Source: Eledone cirrhosa | Lineage: Eukaryota | Reading direction: 5' to 3' | Assembly: GCA_964016885.1 (NCBI GenBank) | Contig: OZ024761.1 | Coordinates: 7,688,001 to 7,752,000, forward strand | DNA: 64,000 nt | In this document: positions 51,820-64,000 of the stretch, piece after piece | How positions within the stretch are numbered: the stretch's first letter is position 1 | How the letters are laid out: each line of letters opens with the position of its first letter | The notes under the pieces: generated by a model | Seen by the model: only the letters and a program-made list of their open reading frames with translations | Told to the model about the DNA's origin: nothing | The model's database searches: none | Translations under genes and position numbers: made by a program

Positions 51820-53710
51820 ACCTCTTGCATTTTAGTTGCTTTATTGCCTTGCTTGGGGTGAGTAAATCATCATCATCATACTTTTGCTGTAACTGCCTCA
51901 GAAGGAAGAGGGCATCAGTGGTGCTTTTTCCTGACACAAACCCAAATTACATCTCATCTAGTTTCACCCGTTCCCTAATCGGCTGTGCTTTAACTCTTTC
52001 TATTACTTTCATGACCTGGTCCATCAGCTTTATACCTCTATAGTTTCCTCTATCTAGCGCATCTCCTTTACCCTTGTAGCAGTTGACAATGATGCTGCTG
52101 CGCCAATCCTTTGGTATGACACCCTCTAGTGTTATGTGGTTAACAATACGTGGGGTTATGGTGTGACCTACCGACCCAGATGCCTTCAGCATCTCGGCAG
52201 CTATACCCGATGGACCGGTTGCCTTCCCCATCTTCATATCTTTAATTGCCTTACTTACTACGCTGCTGCTGACTTGTACTGCTGGCCCCTCTACAGGGTT
52301 CGCTTGGATACATTCTGGATACACTTCTCTCCAATGACATCACAATTCTCTTTGACACACTGCCTCGCAATCTTGAACACCTCCTGTTTCTGGTCCTCAC
52401 GTTGTAAGACATGCTTGAATTTTCTATCCTCCGCTTCCCTTCTAGCTAAGTATACTTGTTGCCTAGCTTCCCTCCTGATCTCTAAGTAATGTACCCTGCT
52501 TCCCCCGTTCTTCCATTCTTTCCATGCCTGTCTCTTAGCCTTAATTGCCTCATCTACCTTATTGTTCCACCACAAAGTCACTCTCCTCCTGCCTGTGGTC
52601 TTACTCCATCCACAGATTTCGTCCATTGCCTTTAGTAAGTTATTTTTTAGGAACTCCCAGTACTCTTCTACAATGGATGCCTCTATCTGTTCTTCTTTAC
52701 TGTCATAGGCATCGAGTAAAATATCTTTAAATCTGTTACTGGCTGAGGGGTCTTTCAGCTTTTAGATCTTTCTTCTCCAGGTTGGCTTCTCTTTCCAGGT
52801 TCGTCTAGTTCTGACAATGAGGTCGCTGACAACTAAGTTATGTTGGGAGGTACATTCCTCACCAGGGAAGGCTTTTGTGTTTACAACCATCCATCTATTA
52901 TGCCCTCTAATGAGGATAAAATCTATCTGACTAGAATGCTCCCCTGATCTAAGTTTGTGTTACATATTGACATGTCATTGGTGTCGCAGAATTCCAGAAG
53001 CCTGAAACCTTCTTCATTTCTTGTGCCAAACCTGTGGCCTCCATGGACTCTATAGACGCCGTCACGGTGTTTCCCAATGTTACCACGTATAAAATCTCCT
53101 GCAATGATTAGGAAGTCATTGTCATTTGTTAGGGCAATAGTGGGCATTAGGGATTAGTAAAACCTATCCTTAAGTTCGTCTGGCAATCCCCATCGGGGTG
53201 TGTAAGCTGATATAATTGTAGCAATTGTTTTATTCAGGATAAGTCTGAGTTTAATGATTCTTGCGTTTACTCTGTTCACTGAAATTACCTTATCAACCCA
53301 TTTTTTGTCAGCTAATAATATACCTTCACCACCGATCCCGTTGTCATTTCCCACCCAGAAAAATTTGTAGCATTGACTTTTGTCTACAAGGACTCTAGCG
53401 GACTCTCCACTCCATCTAGTCCCTTGCACACATCATACATCATACATCAATTTCCTTTTGCTCTAGCATCTCTACAATTTCTCCTGCTCTTCCTTTCATT
53501 GTGCTTACAATGATGGTTGCAACTTTGAGTTTTTGACATTTGCCATCACTCGTAGGATGGGGTGAATTTTTGCGGGGTGTATGCTTCCTGTCTCTGGATT
53601 GTTTGGGTGTTTGGTAACTCGTGAATTCATATTCATTTATGAATTCGGGGTTGTTCCATTTATCCTCAGCTCATCCATAGATATCAGAAAAAGAATTATT
53701 TAGTGCAGGG
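51820..53710 (-). mobile_element. RTE LINE, APE plus N-terminal RT, decayed
   Basis: TRWSG, IISAYTP, WWN, GKATGPSGI..EMLK, YKGKGD..NYRGIKL. Confidence 0.88.
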
Positions 53711-54241
53711 CTAGAAGGACAGTAGTAGTAATGGCAGAGTTTGTTGGGGCTGGTAAGGGCTAGGAGTGCAGTAGTAGTAGTAGTAGTGGTGGCAGTGTTT
53801 GTTGGGGCTGGTAAGGGCTAGGAGTGCAGTAGTAGTAGTAGTAGTAGTAGTGGTGGCAGTGTTTGTTGGGGCTGATAATGGGCTAATATATGTATATATA
53901 TATTTACTCACACATATATATATATATATATATATATTTACTCACACACATATATATATATATATGTTCTCTGTCTTGTCCTTCTCCCTTCAATGATGTT
54001 GATGATGATGATGATGATGACAATTATGTTGATAATGGCAATAGTGATATTGATGACAGTGATGATGATGATGATGATGATGATGAAGATGGCAAAGGTG
54101 ATCATGACTAGGGTAATCGTGATGACAGCGATGATGATGATGATGACGATAACAATGATGATGAGAATAAAGAGGGTGAAAGATCTATTGATTGACATAT
54201 TTGATCTTTTGATTGATTAATTATCAATTGCCAAGTCTCAC

Positions 54242-54377
54242 CTTCTTCTAACATAGCCATCAGTTGCTCGACAGACTCACATTCCACTTGGAAAAGATTT
54301 TCAATGTAGAAATTCTTCTTCTTTGACCAACGTATAGCAAGATGACGCCACGGTTGGGGATTGAAGAGGTCAATTAT
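54242..54377 (-). CDS. KIF12: Kinesin exon: IIDLFNPQPWRHLAIRWSKKKNFYIENLFQVECESVEQLMAMLEEG
   Basis: RWS...FYxENLFxVEC...LEEG is typical of KIF12; ttccag acceptor, G|gtgaga donor; 136 nt. Confidence 0.92.
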
Positions 54378-54396
54378 CTGGAAGAGAGCAATGCTG

Positions 54397-55988
54397 GGTG
54401 TTGTAGTGGTCAATTAGGCTGTAGTAGTGTTGTAGTGGTCAGTTAGAGTGTTGTAGTGGTCAGTTAGAGTGTTGTAGTGGTCAATTAGGCTGTAGTAGTG
54501 TTGTAGTGGTCAGTTAGTGTTGTAGTGGTCAGTTAGAGTGTTGTAGTGGTCAGTTAGAGTGTTGTAGTGGTCAGTTAGTGTTGTAGTGGTCAGTTAGGCT
54601 GTAGTAGTGTTGTAGTGGTCAGTTAGTGTTGTAGTGGTCAGTTAGAGTGTTGTAGTGGTCAGTTAGAGTGTTGTAGTGGTCAATTAGGCTGTAGTAGTGT
54701 TGTAGTGGTCAGTTAGTGTTGTAGTGGTCAGTTAGAGTGTTGTAGTGGTCAGTTAGAGTGTTGTAGTGGTCAATTAGGCTGTAGTAGTGTTGTAGTGGTC
54801 AGTTAGAGTGTTGTAGTGGTCAATTAGGCTGTAGTAGTGTTGTAGTGGTCAGTTAGAGTGTTGTAGTGGTCAATTAGGCTGTAGTAGTGTTGTAGTGGTC
54901 AGTTAGAGTGTTGTAGTGGTCAATTAGGCTGTAGTAGTGTTGTAGTGGTCAGTTAGAGTGTTGTAGTGGTCAGTTAGAGTTGTAGTGGTCAATTAGGCTG
55001 TAGTAGTGTTGTAGTGGTAAGTTAGAGTGTTGTAGTGGTCAGTTAGAGTGTTGTAGTGGTCAATTAGGCTGTAGTTGTGTTGTAGTGGTCAGTTAGTGTT
55101 GTAGTGGTCAGTTAGAGTTGTAGTGGTCAATTAGGCTGTAGTAGTGTTGTAGTGGTCAGTTAGTGTTGTAGTGGTCAATTAGGCTGTAGTAGTGTTGTAG
55201 TGGTCAGTTAGAGTGTTGTAGTGGCCAGTTAGTGTTGTAGTGGTCAATTAGGCTGTAGTAGTGTTGTAGTGGTCAGTTAGAGTTGTAGTGGTCAATTAGG
55301 CTGTAGTAGTGTTGTAGTGGTAAGTTAGTGTTGTAGTGGTCAGTTAGAGTGTTGTAGTGGTCAATTAGGCTGTAGTAGTGTTGTAGTGGTCAGTTAGTGT
55401 TGTAGTGGTCAATTAGGCTGTAGTAGTGTTGTAGTGGTCAGTTAGGCTGTAGTAGTGTTGTAGTGGTCAGTTAGTGTTGTAGTGGTCAATTAGGCTGTAG
55501 TAGTGTTGTAGTGGTCAGTTAGAGTGTTGTAGTGGTCAATTAGGTTGTAGTAGTGTTGTAGTGGTCAGTTAGAGTGTTGTAGTGGTCAATTAGGCTGTAG
55601 TAGTGTTGTAGTGGTCAATTAGGCTGTAGTAGTGTTGTAGTGGTCAGTTAGAGTGTTGTAGTGGTCAGTTAGAGTGTTGTAGTGGCCAGTTAGTGTTGTA
55701 GTGGTCAATTAGGCTGTAGTAGTGTTGTAGTGGTCAGTTAGAGTGTTGTAGTGGTCAATTAGGCTGTAGTAGTGTTGTGGTCAGAGTGTTGTAGTGGTCA
55801 GTTAGACTGTAGTAGTGTTGTAGTGGTCAGTTATATAGACTGTAGTAGTGTTGTAGTGGTCAGTTATATAGACTGTAGTAGTGTTGTAGTGGTCAGTTAG
55901 AGTGTTGTAGTGGTCAATTAGGCTGTAGTAGTGTTGTAGTGGTCAGTTAGACTAGTAGTGTTGTAGTGGTCAGTTATATATGTAGTAG
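54397..55988. repeat. Variable 17-30-bp satellite (gtgttgtagtggtcagttaga / ..caattaggctgtagta)
   Basis: Direct. Confidence 0.93.
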
Positions 55989-56157
55989 CATCCACTTTGA
56001 GAACCTCTGTCTTAGAAGTAGAATTCTGTAACAACAGCTCGGGGCTCCTTCACTCTCACTTTACTGCATATCTTGACACCAACCACGGCTTGTCAGAATC
56101 CTGAATAAGGAGCCCCACTCACCTCGCTTTTGAAACCAGAGTGATTTTCTCTTAAAC

Positions 56158-57132
56158 CAGAGGTTCTCAAAGTGGGTGCTACTTCCCCCTGGGGAGCATT
56201 GAGAAGGCCCAGGTGGTGCTGGTGTCTAAGGGGGTTATATGGGGGAGTAGAGATGATATAATACTATATTAAATATCAAATGATACATATTATACGTGGA
56301 AAGTTGGCAGTAGTAATCGCAGTGATAAGAACATTTTTCCAATGCAGGTGGGTTCTATAGAAGTGGTTGATAGCTTCCGGTACCTAGGTGATCAGATTAG
56401 CATGGGAGGGGGGGGATGTTCCGAGGCCATAGTATCTAGAATAAGCACGGGTTGGAAGAAGTTTAGGGAGCTGCTTCCTCTGTTGACAAAGAGGGGTTTC
56501 TCCCTGCGTACGAAAGGCTGGTTAAATGATGCCTGTGTGAGATGTGCGATGCTGCATGGTAGTGAGACATGGGCAGCAACTGCAGAGGATATGCGATGGC
56601 TGGAGAGAAATGAAGCAAGCATGCTCTGTTGGATGTGCAATGACAATGTGCGTGAACGACCAAGCATAGATGAGTTAAGAGAGAAACTGGGTATAAGAGG
56701 GATAAGTTGTGGTGTGCAGGAGAGAAGGCTGAGATGGTATGGACATATGATGTGCATGGAAGATGACCGCTGGGTAGAGAAGTGCCAAGAAATCCCAGTA
56801 GAAGGAAGACGCAGTAGAGGTAGACAATGAAAAACATGGGCAGAGGTGGTGGGAGCAGACCTCAGATCGCTGAAAATCAGTGGAGATGACGAGGGACCAT
56901 AACAAGTGGAAAGATGCTGTGCTGAATAGGACCTGTCCAACCCTTGCAAGCAGGGAAAAGCGGACGTAAAATGATGATGATGATAGTATATATTATATTA
57001 TTTATTTTATATAGTTATGATTTTATTTATTATATATTATTTACAACTTGTGTGTATACAGGTCCCTCTGGAAATAGGGGTGGAGGGTGCTGAAGGAGTG
57101 TGGGGGTGGCCCCAAAGGTTTGAGAACCTCTG
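56158..57132. mobile_element. hAT-like MITE (host of the RTE insertion)
   Basis: TIRs CAGAGGTTCTCAAA / TTTGAGAACCTCTG; imperfect 8-bp flanks tcttaaac / ttttagac; relative at 10527-11463. Confidence 0.65.
56341..56985 (+). mobile_element. RTE LINE 3' fragment nested in a MITE
   Basis: FRYLG..AMLHGSETW..RRLRWYGH; tail gggaaaagcggacgtaaaa(tga)n. Confidence 0.88.
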
Positions 57133-58092
57133 TTTTAGACAGACTGCCACCCAAGACCGACGTGTTCTGCCTATCTGGAGCAACTGGTTTTAAGGTGCCA
57201 GTAAATCATCTGTGACTTCTTGTCAGTTCTAAACATCTCCACCACAGGAAAACCCTGGGCTGGGGTTCAGTTAACAGAGACTATATCAGACACAAACCAT
57301 TTAGGGCATTTTAGTAGGGTGTAGATTCTCAGTTCTACTCCCCCACCCACTGGCAATAATAACCTTAGATGGTTATTTTTCTTCTCATAAAAGAAAGCTG
57401 TAATAACAGCTTGAGTTGGGGGAGGGGAGTCTTTCTTTCCCAGTTAACTTACTGCAAACCCTAATACCACCAAGGGGGATTTCTGAGTTGTCATAATTAT
57501 GACAAAAGAAACCTCATCTACCCCGGTTTTAAAATCAAAGTGACCCTTTTCTAGTTAACTTACTGCAGTTGATTAAACCTTTCATGGCTGTATTTCTAAT
57601 GAAATACATTCTATTTCAATTAATTAATTGTTTCTACTTTTGGCACAAGGCCAGTAATTACCCAGTGCATTACTGGTACTTTATTTTATCGACCCCGTAA
57701 GGATGAAAGGCAAAGTTAACCTCGGCGGGATTTGAACTCAGAATGGCAAGGGCCGTAACTATGCGTCAAAGCATGGCGTCCGACTCTCTACCGATACTGC
57801 CAATCCCCCCTTCATCTATTTCAATTAATTAATGAAGAATTTCGAGGGATTTACTCAAATTATTGATTATTTCATTACTAAGATAGTAATTTAATGTAAG
57901 GTTCTTATACAAAATTATGTTGGAAGATTTTAAATTTAAATTGGAAACCTTAAAATGGGTGGTTTTATTTCATAGAACCAGAGCTGGTGTTTTGGCTGGG
58001 TAACTAAAGGGTTAAGAGTCCCATCTACTCTGGTTTTGAAATCAGTGACCCTTCTTCTAGACTGTCACTCAACATTGACATCTTCTGACTAC

Positions 58093-58221
58093 CTGTTCAT
58101 TGTAAATCTCTGCATGGGAAGCCTTTACTTTGAATTCAATATTCCCTTGCTCATCAAAAGCTGAGAATAAATAATGAATTGCTCTTTGTACCATTCCGTA
58201 GAGGTCACCTCTCACAAAAGC
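58093..58221 (-). CDS. KIF12: Kinesin exon: AFVRGDLYGMVQRAIHYLF...ASHAEIYNEQ
   Basis: EIYNE motif; cag/gt boundaries; 129 nt, phase 0 to 0. Confidence 0.92.
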
Positions 58222-58986
58222 CTGCAAGAATAAGAAGTGAAACATGTTACATTTTAAAATAACCAAATTTTATTTAGGGAATATATCATTGAAATACAAT
58301 TTAATAGAAAAAGACCAAAAAGAAAATTTACATTGAGAGGAATGGAATGTAAAATAGGAAAATATAAAGAAAAAAAACAGAAAAAGAAAAAAAACAGAAA
58401 GGGGGGGAGGAGGAAGGGGCAGGATGATTGGGCTCTGGGGCTGGGCACGGTGGGGACTGCGTCCTGCGGTCAATGGTGACACCTGCTGCAACAGCCACCC
58501 CACCTCATATGGGCCACTGATGTTCTGATCTTGTCACATTTTACTGACGTAATACAACTATTAGTATGAGGTTTCTTTCCAGTAGATATTGCACCTGCTA
58601 GCTAAGTAGGTAACTACTGCTGCTCATGTTACTACTGCTTCTTCTTCTTCTTCTTCTTCTTCTTCTTCTTCTTCTTCTTCCTCTTCCTCCTGAAAGAGTA
58701 TTATGGGGGCAGAGCCCTCCTTCCAGCAGGTGAGCTGGTCTAGTGAGACACATTATAGCTTATACAAACATTAGACTACAGTTAAGATGTACAAGCATCA
58801 GACTTCCTAAGTACGATGGGGCTAGTGAAACACATAACAATATTTTGATACACAAGAATTTTTTTCCATACACTGACGCGTATGTGTATGTATGTGTGCA
58901 TGTGTGTATATGCATACATTTACACGTATGAGTGTATAAATATAAACGTGTAAACACAGAATATTTCTGGGTGATAATCAATAGCT

Positions 58987-60690
58987 GCTACCACTGTTGT
59001 TATGACTACCTCATACTACTCCCCTCTCTTTACAACAAAAACAGGGTGTCGCTACCACTGTTGTTATGACTACCTCATACCACTCCTCTCTCTTTACAAC
59101 AAAAACAGGGTGTTGCTACCACTGTTGTTATGACTACCTCATACTACTCCTCTCTCTTTACAACAGAAACAGGGTGCTGCTACCACTGTTGTTATGACTA
59201 CCTCATACCACTCCTCTCTCTTTACAACAAAAACAGGGTGTTGCTACCACTGTTGTTATGACTACCTCATACTACTCCTCTCTCTTTACAACAGAAACAG
59301 GGTGTTGCTACCACTGTTGTTATGACTACCTCATACCACTCCTCTCTCTTTACAACAAAAACAGGGTGTTGCTACCACTGTTGTTATGACTACCTCATAC
59401 TACTCCTCTCTCTTTACAACAGAAACAGGGTGTTGCTACCACTGTTGTTATGACTACCTCATACCACTCCTCTCTCTTTACAACAAAAACAGGGTGTTGC
59501 TACCACTGTTGTTATGACTACCTCATACCACTCCTCTCTCTTTACAACAAAAACAGGGTGTTGCTACCACTGTTGTTATGACTACCTCATACCACTCCTC
59601 TCTCTTTACAACAAAAACAGGGTGTTGCTACCACTGTTGTTATGACTACCTCATACTACTCCTCTCTCTTTACAACAGAAACAGGGTGTTGCTACCACTG
59701 TTGTTATGACTACCCCATACCACTCCTCTCTCTTTACAACAAAAACAGGGTGTTGCTACCACTGTTGTTATGACTACCTCATACTACTCCTCTCTCTTTA
59801 CAACAGAAACAGGGTGTTGCTACCACTGTTGTTATGACTACCCCATACCACTCCTCTCTCTTTACAACAAAAACAGGGTGTTGCTACCACTGTTGTTATG
59901 ACTACCTCATACTACTCCTCTCTCTTTACAACAAAAACAGGGTGCTGCTACCACTGTTGTTATGACTACCTCATACCACTCCTCTCTCTTTACAACAAAA
60001 ACAGGGTGCTGCTACCACTGTTGTTATGACTACCTCATACTACTCCTCTCTCTTTACAACAAAAACAGGGTGTTGCTACCACTGTTGTTATGACTACCCC
60101 ATACCACTCCTCTCTCTTTACAACAAAAACAGGGTGTTGCTACCACTGTTGTTATGACTACCTCATACTACTCCTCTCTCTTTACAACAGAAACAGGGTG
60201 TTGCTACCACTGTTGTTATGACTACCCCATACCACTCCTCTCTCTTTACAACAAAAACAGGGTGTTGCTACCACTGTTGTTATGACTACCTCATACTACT
60301 CCTCTCTCTTTACAACAAAAACAGGGTGCTGCTACCACTGTTGTTATGACTACCTCATACCACTCCTCTCTCTTTACAACAAAAACAGGGTGCTGCTACC
60401 ACTGTTGTTATGACTACCTCATACTACTCCTCTCTCTTTACAACAAAAACAGGGTGTTGCTACCACTGTTGTTATGACTACCTCATACCACTCCTCTCTC
60501 TTTACAACAAAAACAGGGTGCTGCTACCACTGTTGTTATGACTACCTCATACCACTCCTCTCTCTTTACAACAAAAACAGAGTGCTGCTACCACTGTTGT
60601 TATGACTACCTCATACTACTCCTCTCTCTTTACAACAAAAACAGGGTGCTGCTACCACTGTTGTTATGACTACCTCATACTACTCCTCTC
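58987..60690. repeat. 64-bp minisatellite (about 26 units)
   Basis: gctacc at 58987, 59051 and onward. Confidence 0.95.
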
Positions 60691-61014
60691 TTCCCATATA
60701 AATGTATACATATGCACATACACACACGCACACACAGACATGCATACATATCAGTGTAGGAAACAAATTACAACAATATTGTAATAAATTTAATCTGCTG
60801 CACTAACGACACCACCAATCAAACACCCTAGGGATTAATTAAATAAATCCTGAAATGATAAATTAAAAAAATGGTGATTTTTAGGGGAAAATTCAGTGAG
60901 AAATGGTCAGGGTTTGCACCATGTTACTGCTTCTGCTGAAACCAAAGCTGGAAAAAAAAATCACTAACAAAACAAAATAAAATAAAATAACCCCCCTCTC
61001 CCTGAGTAACTTGC

Positions 61015-61090
61015 CTGTGTTGATGATCCAATCATAGTGTGTGTTTTACCTGATCCCGTTTGTCCAAACGTCAGCACCAAACAGGAATAT
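61015..61090 (-). CDS. KIF12: Kinesin exon with P-loop: YSCLVLTFGQTGSGKTHTMIGSSTQ
   Basis: GQTGSGKT Walker A; ttttacag acceptor; donor CAG|GCAAGT (GC); 76 nt. Confidence 0.92.
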
Positions 61091-62504
61091 CTGTAAAACA
61101 TGAAGTGAAGTAGTCTATCATGGCTTACTAGCTCTATACAGACATATAAATTGGATTAAATATACTGACTACCCAGGTGAGGTGTAAGTGTGAAGGCCAG
61201 GGTGTTTACAGTTACCAAACTGGCCAAAACCAGCTCTGGTTCTATGAAATAAAACCATCTATTTTAGAGGTTTCCAATCTAAATTAAAATCTTCCAACAT
61301 AATTTTATGTAATAGGATTTGAACTCTGAAGCCTCAAGTTATTTGACTCATCAACACAGTTACCATCCAATGGATTTGAATTTTAAAGCTCCAGGCTATT
61401 TGGCTCATTCATCAACATAGCTACCAGCCAATGGTGAGATTTCAACTCAGAATGTAAAGATCCAGAACAAATATCAGAATGACATTATGACATATTATCT
61501 GACACTCTACTGATACTGCTAATCTACATATTAAACTAACATTTAAACCGACCATATCCAGCCACAATTCTCTCACCTCTTTCTGTTCAAACCAGCCATA
61601 ACTGGTCCCTCATACTTACATTAAGGTATTGTTCTCAAAATAAATAACATCAAAACCTCATAGATTCGATATTATGTGAGGTAAAGCCTTTACCATGAAA
61701 ATACAATAGTATATAGAGTAATCATCATCATCATCACCGTTTTTATGTCCGTTCTTCCATGCTAACATGGGTTAGATGAGTTGTCCTGTTGTCGGCAGTG
61801 TCCGGTCGGCTGACCTTGTCTTGTTCATACAGGAACTGATTCTGGCTTGATTTCTACAGCTGGATGCCCTTCCTAACACCAACCTCATTTACAGTGAGTG
61901 CTGGGTGCTTTTATTCCGTAGCGCCTACATGTCCACTTTACAGTGAGTGCTGGGTGCTTTTTTGCCGTGGCACCTCCACGACCACTTTGCAGTGGAATGA
62001 TAGGGACCCCAGTCCCTATCATCTCATTTCTACAGCTGAGTAAACTGGAGCAATGTGAAATAAAGTGTCTTGCTCAAGGAAACAACACATCACCCGGTCC
62101 AAGAATTGAACTCACAACCTTTCGATTGCAAGGCCATGCGCCTTCACAGTAATGTAAAGGCTAAACGGTTGATAATGGTTTCTGATTTAGGCACAAGGCC
62201 AACAATTTTTTGGGGGAGGGGAAAGTCGATTAAATCAACCCCAGTGTGTTACTGGTACTTTATTTTATCAATAACCAGCTTAACAATGGTTTCTGATTTA
62301 GGCACAAAGCCAACAATGTTTATCGACCCCGTAAGGATGAAAGACAAAGTTCTGACAGAACCTGCTGGAAGGTGTACTTGAGGACTCAGCCCCCAGAACC
62401 CTTACAAGTGAGCAAAGAAGAAGAATATGTATGCCCAACACAGAAAAACTAGAATAAATTTAATGTAGATACAACTATAGTTTTATAGAATTGTAGCCAT
62501 GAAA

Positions 62505-62930
62505 TTGTCTTTCCCTCCATATTGTCTACAGATGTATTTCCCTCCAGATATGGTCAACAGACGTCTTTCCTTCTAGATATGGTCTACAGACGTCTATCCC
62601 TTCAGATATGGCCTACAGATGATTATAGATGAGACATCTGTCAACATAAAACTATGTCTTTCCCTCCATATTGTCTACAGATGTATTTCCCTCCAGATAC
62701 GGTCAACAGACGTCTTTCCTTCTAGATATGGTCTACAGACGTCTATCTCCTCAGATATGGCCTACAGATGATTATAGATGAGACATCTGTCAACATAAAA
62801 CTATGTCTGTCCCTCCATATGGTCTACAAATGTCTTTCCCACCATATGGCCAGGCCAACAGATGTATTTTCCTCCATATGACCTCCCCACCAGATATTGT
62901 CTCCAGATGATTATAGATGAGACATCTGTT
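62505..62930. repeat. 148-bp repeat (about 3 copies) built from ~29-bp subunits
   Basis: Direct. Confidence 0.8.
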
Positions 62931-62940
62931 AATACTTAAC

Positions 62941-63062
62941 CCTTCCAGTGTCATTCGAATGAGTCTTTTTAGTCCTGATTCTTCAAAAACCGTTTGTTGG
63001 TCTGCATCTGGTTTAAAGACTGTGTCAAAGGAAAATTTTTTCTGGGTGACACCCTGGTTGAT
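62941..63062 (-). CDS. KIF12: Kinesin (KIF12-like) exon, motor: INQGVTQKKFSFDTVFKPDADQQTVFEESGLKRLIRMTLEG
   Basis: ttttacag acceptor, GT donor; FxFDxVF...QxxVFE kinesin motif; 122 nt, phase 0 to 2, fits next exon. Confidence 0.88.
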
Positions 63063-63725
63063 CTGTAAAATATTTACAAATTTGTAAATAAATTAAAAAA
63101 ATGTGTATATGTATACATGTATTTATCATCATCATTGTTTAATGTCCATTTTTCGTGCTAGCATGGGTTAGACGGGTCGTCCCATTTGAGATAAGTTGGG
63201 TCAGGTGACCTTGTCTTACTCATATAGGACTGTTTCTCGCTTGGTTTCTATGGCTGTCTGCCCTTCCTAATGCCAACTGGGGGATTTTGTTGTGTCATCA
63301 ACACGACCATTTTACAGTGTGGGCCGGGTGCTTTTGGAGTGATACTTGCGTGGCCACTTTACAGTGTTTTGGCCTGTCCTCATCAGAGATGTTTGGGAGG
63401 GTGAGATGGGGTAGTGCAAATTGTATATATGCTTCAGCTTCGGTCTGTGCCTGTGGGGAGTCAGGTCTTCTGTATTACTGCATAACACCAGAGATGACAC
63501 AGGTCCTGTGTCATCAACTTTGAGAGGTGCAATGGGCAATATGTATATGTGTATGTGTATATAAACTATTAATAAATATATATATATATATATATGCAAA
63601 GGTTCTATTTAAATTGTTGGGATACAACAAGCAAATATTTTTATAACTGATATAAAGCACTCGACAAGTATTTGGAGTAAATATACGATATTAACAAATG
63701 GAAACTATATTTATAAAACCATATT

Positions 63726-63790
63726 TATTTTATTATACATATTTCAAGGATACCATGTTAAATTATGGTGTGCTTTCATCAGACAAAATA
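63726..63790 (-). ncRNA. Minimal hammerhead (left arm)
   Basis: Same family as 38439; one stem II mismatch more than its partner arm. Confidence 0.68.
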
Positions 63791-63904
63791 CAATATATAC
63801 CAGTTTTATAAATAAATATTGACATACCCTTGATGTCTTCCAAAAGTAACGGTTGCATTTTGTAAGGGTATGTCAATATTTATTTATAAAACTGATATAT
63901 ATTG

Positions 63905-63969
63905 TATTTTGTCTGATGAAAGCATACCATAATTTAACATGGTATCCTTGAAATATGTATAATAAAATA
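63905..63969 (+). ncRNA. Minimal hammerhead (right arm)
   Basis: tattttgt CTGATGA aagcataccat..atggtatcctt GAAA T-atgt-A TA ataaaata. Confidence 0.75.
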
Positions 63970-64000
63970 GATATGGTTTTATAAATATAGTTTCCATTTG

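Overview
Repeat-rich, AT-rich eukaryotic (animal) genomic DNA. The repeat landscape (tRNA-head SINEs, RTE/CR1/CRE LINEs, Penelope-like elements, very long (TA)n) suggests an octopus-like cephalopod; that is inference. I can assemble a minus-strand kinesin gene (KIF12-like) from 16 phase-compatible coding exons between 63062 and a stop at 5914 (583 aa in window; the first exon(s) lie beyond 64000). Two of its introns use GC donors. A convergent plus-strand gene ends with a terminal exon at 1331-1787. Introns are filled with decayed LINEs, SINEs, two DD37D maT transposon deletion derivatives, a Helitron, MITEs and many minisatellites, several of them seeded from LINE ends or an exon boundary. 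The most striking signal is about 13 minimal type-I hammerhead ribozyme motifs (CUGANGA-stem II-GAAA-1 bp stem III-NUH) from several unrelated sequence families. Most sit in short non-coding fold-back (inverted-repeat) elements next to (TA)n tracts, one family shows compensatory base-pair changes, and a decayed Naiad-type Penelope element has the same inverted-terminus-plus-hammerhead architecture.
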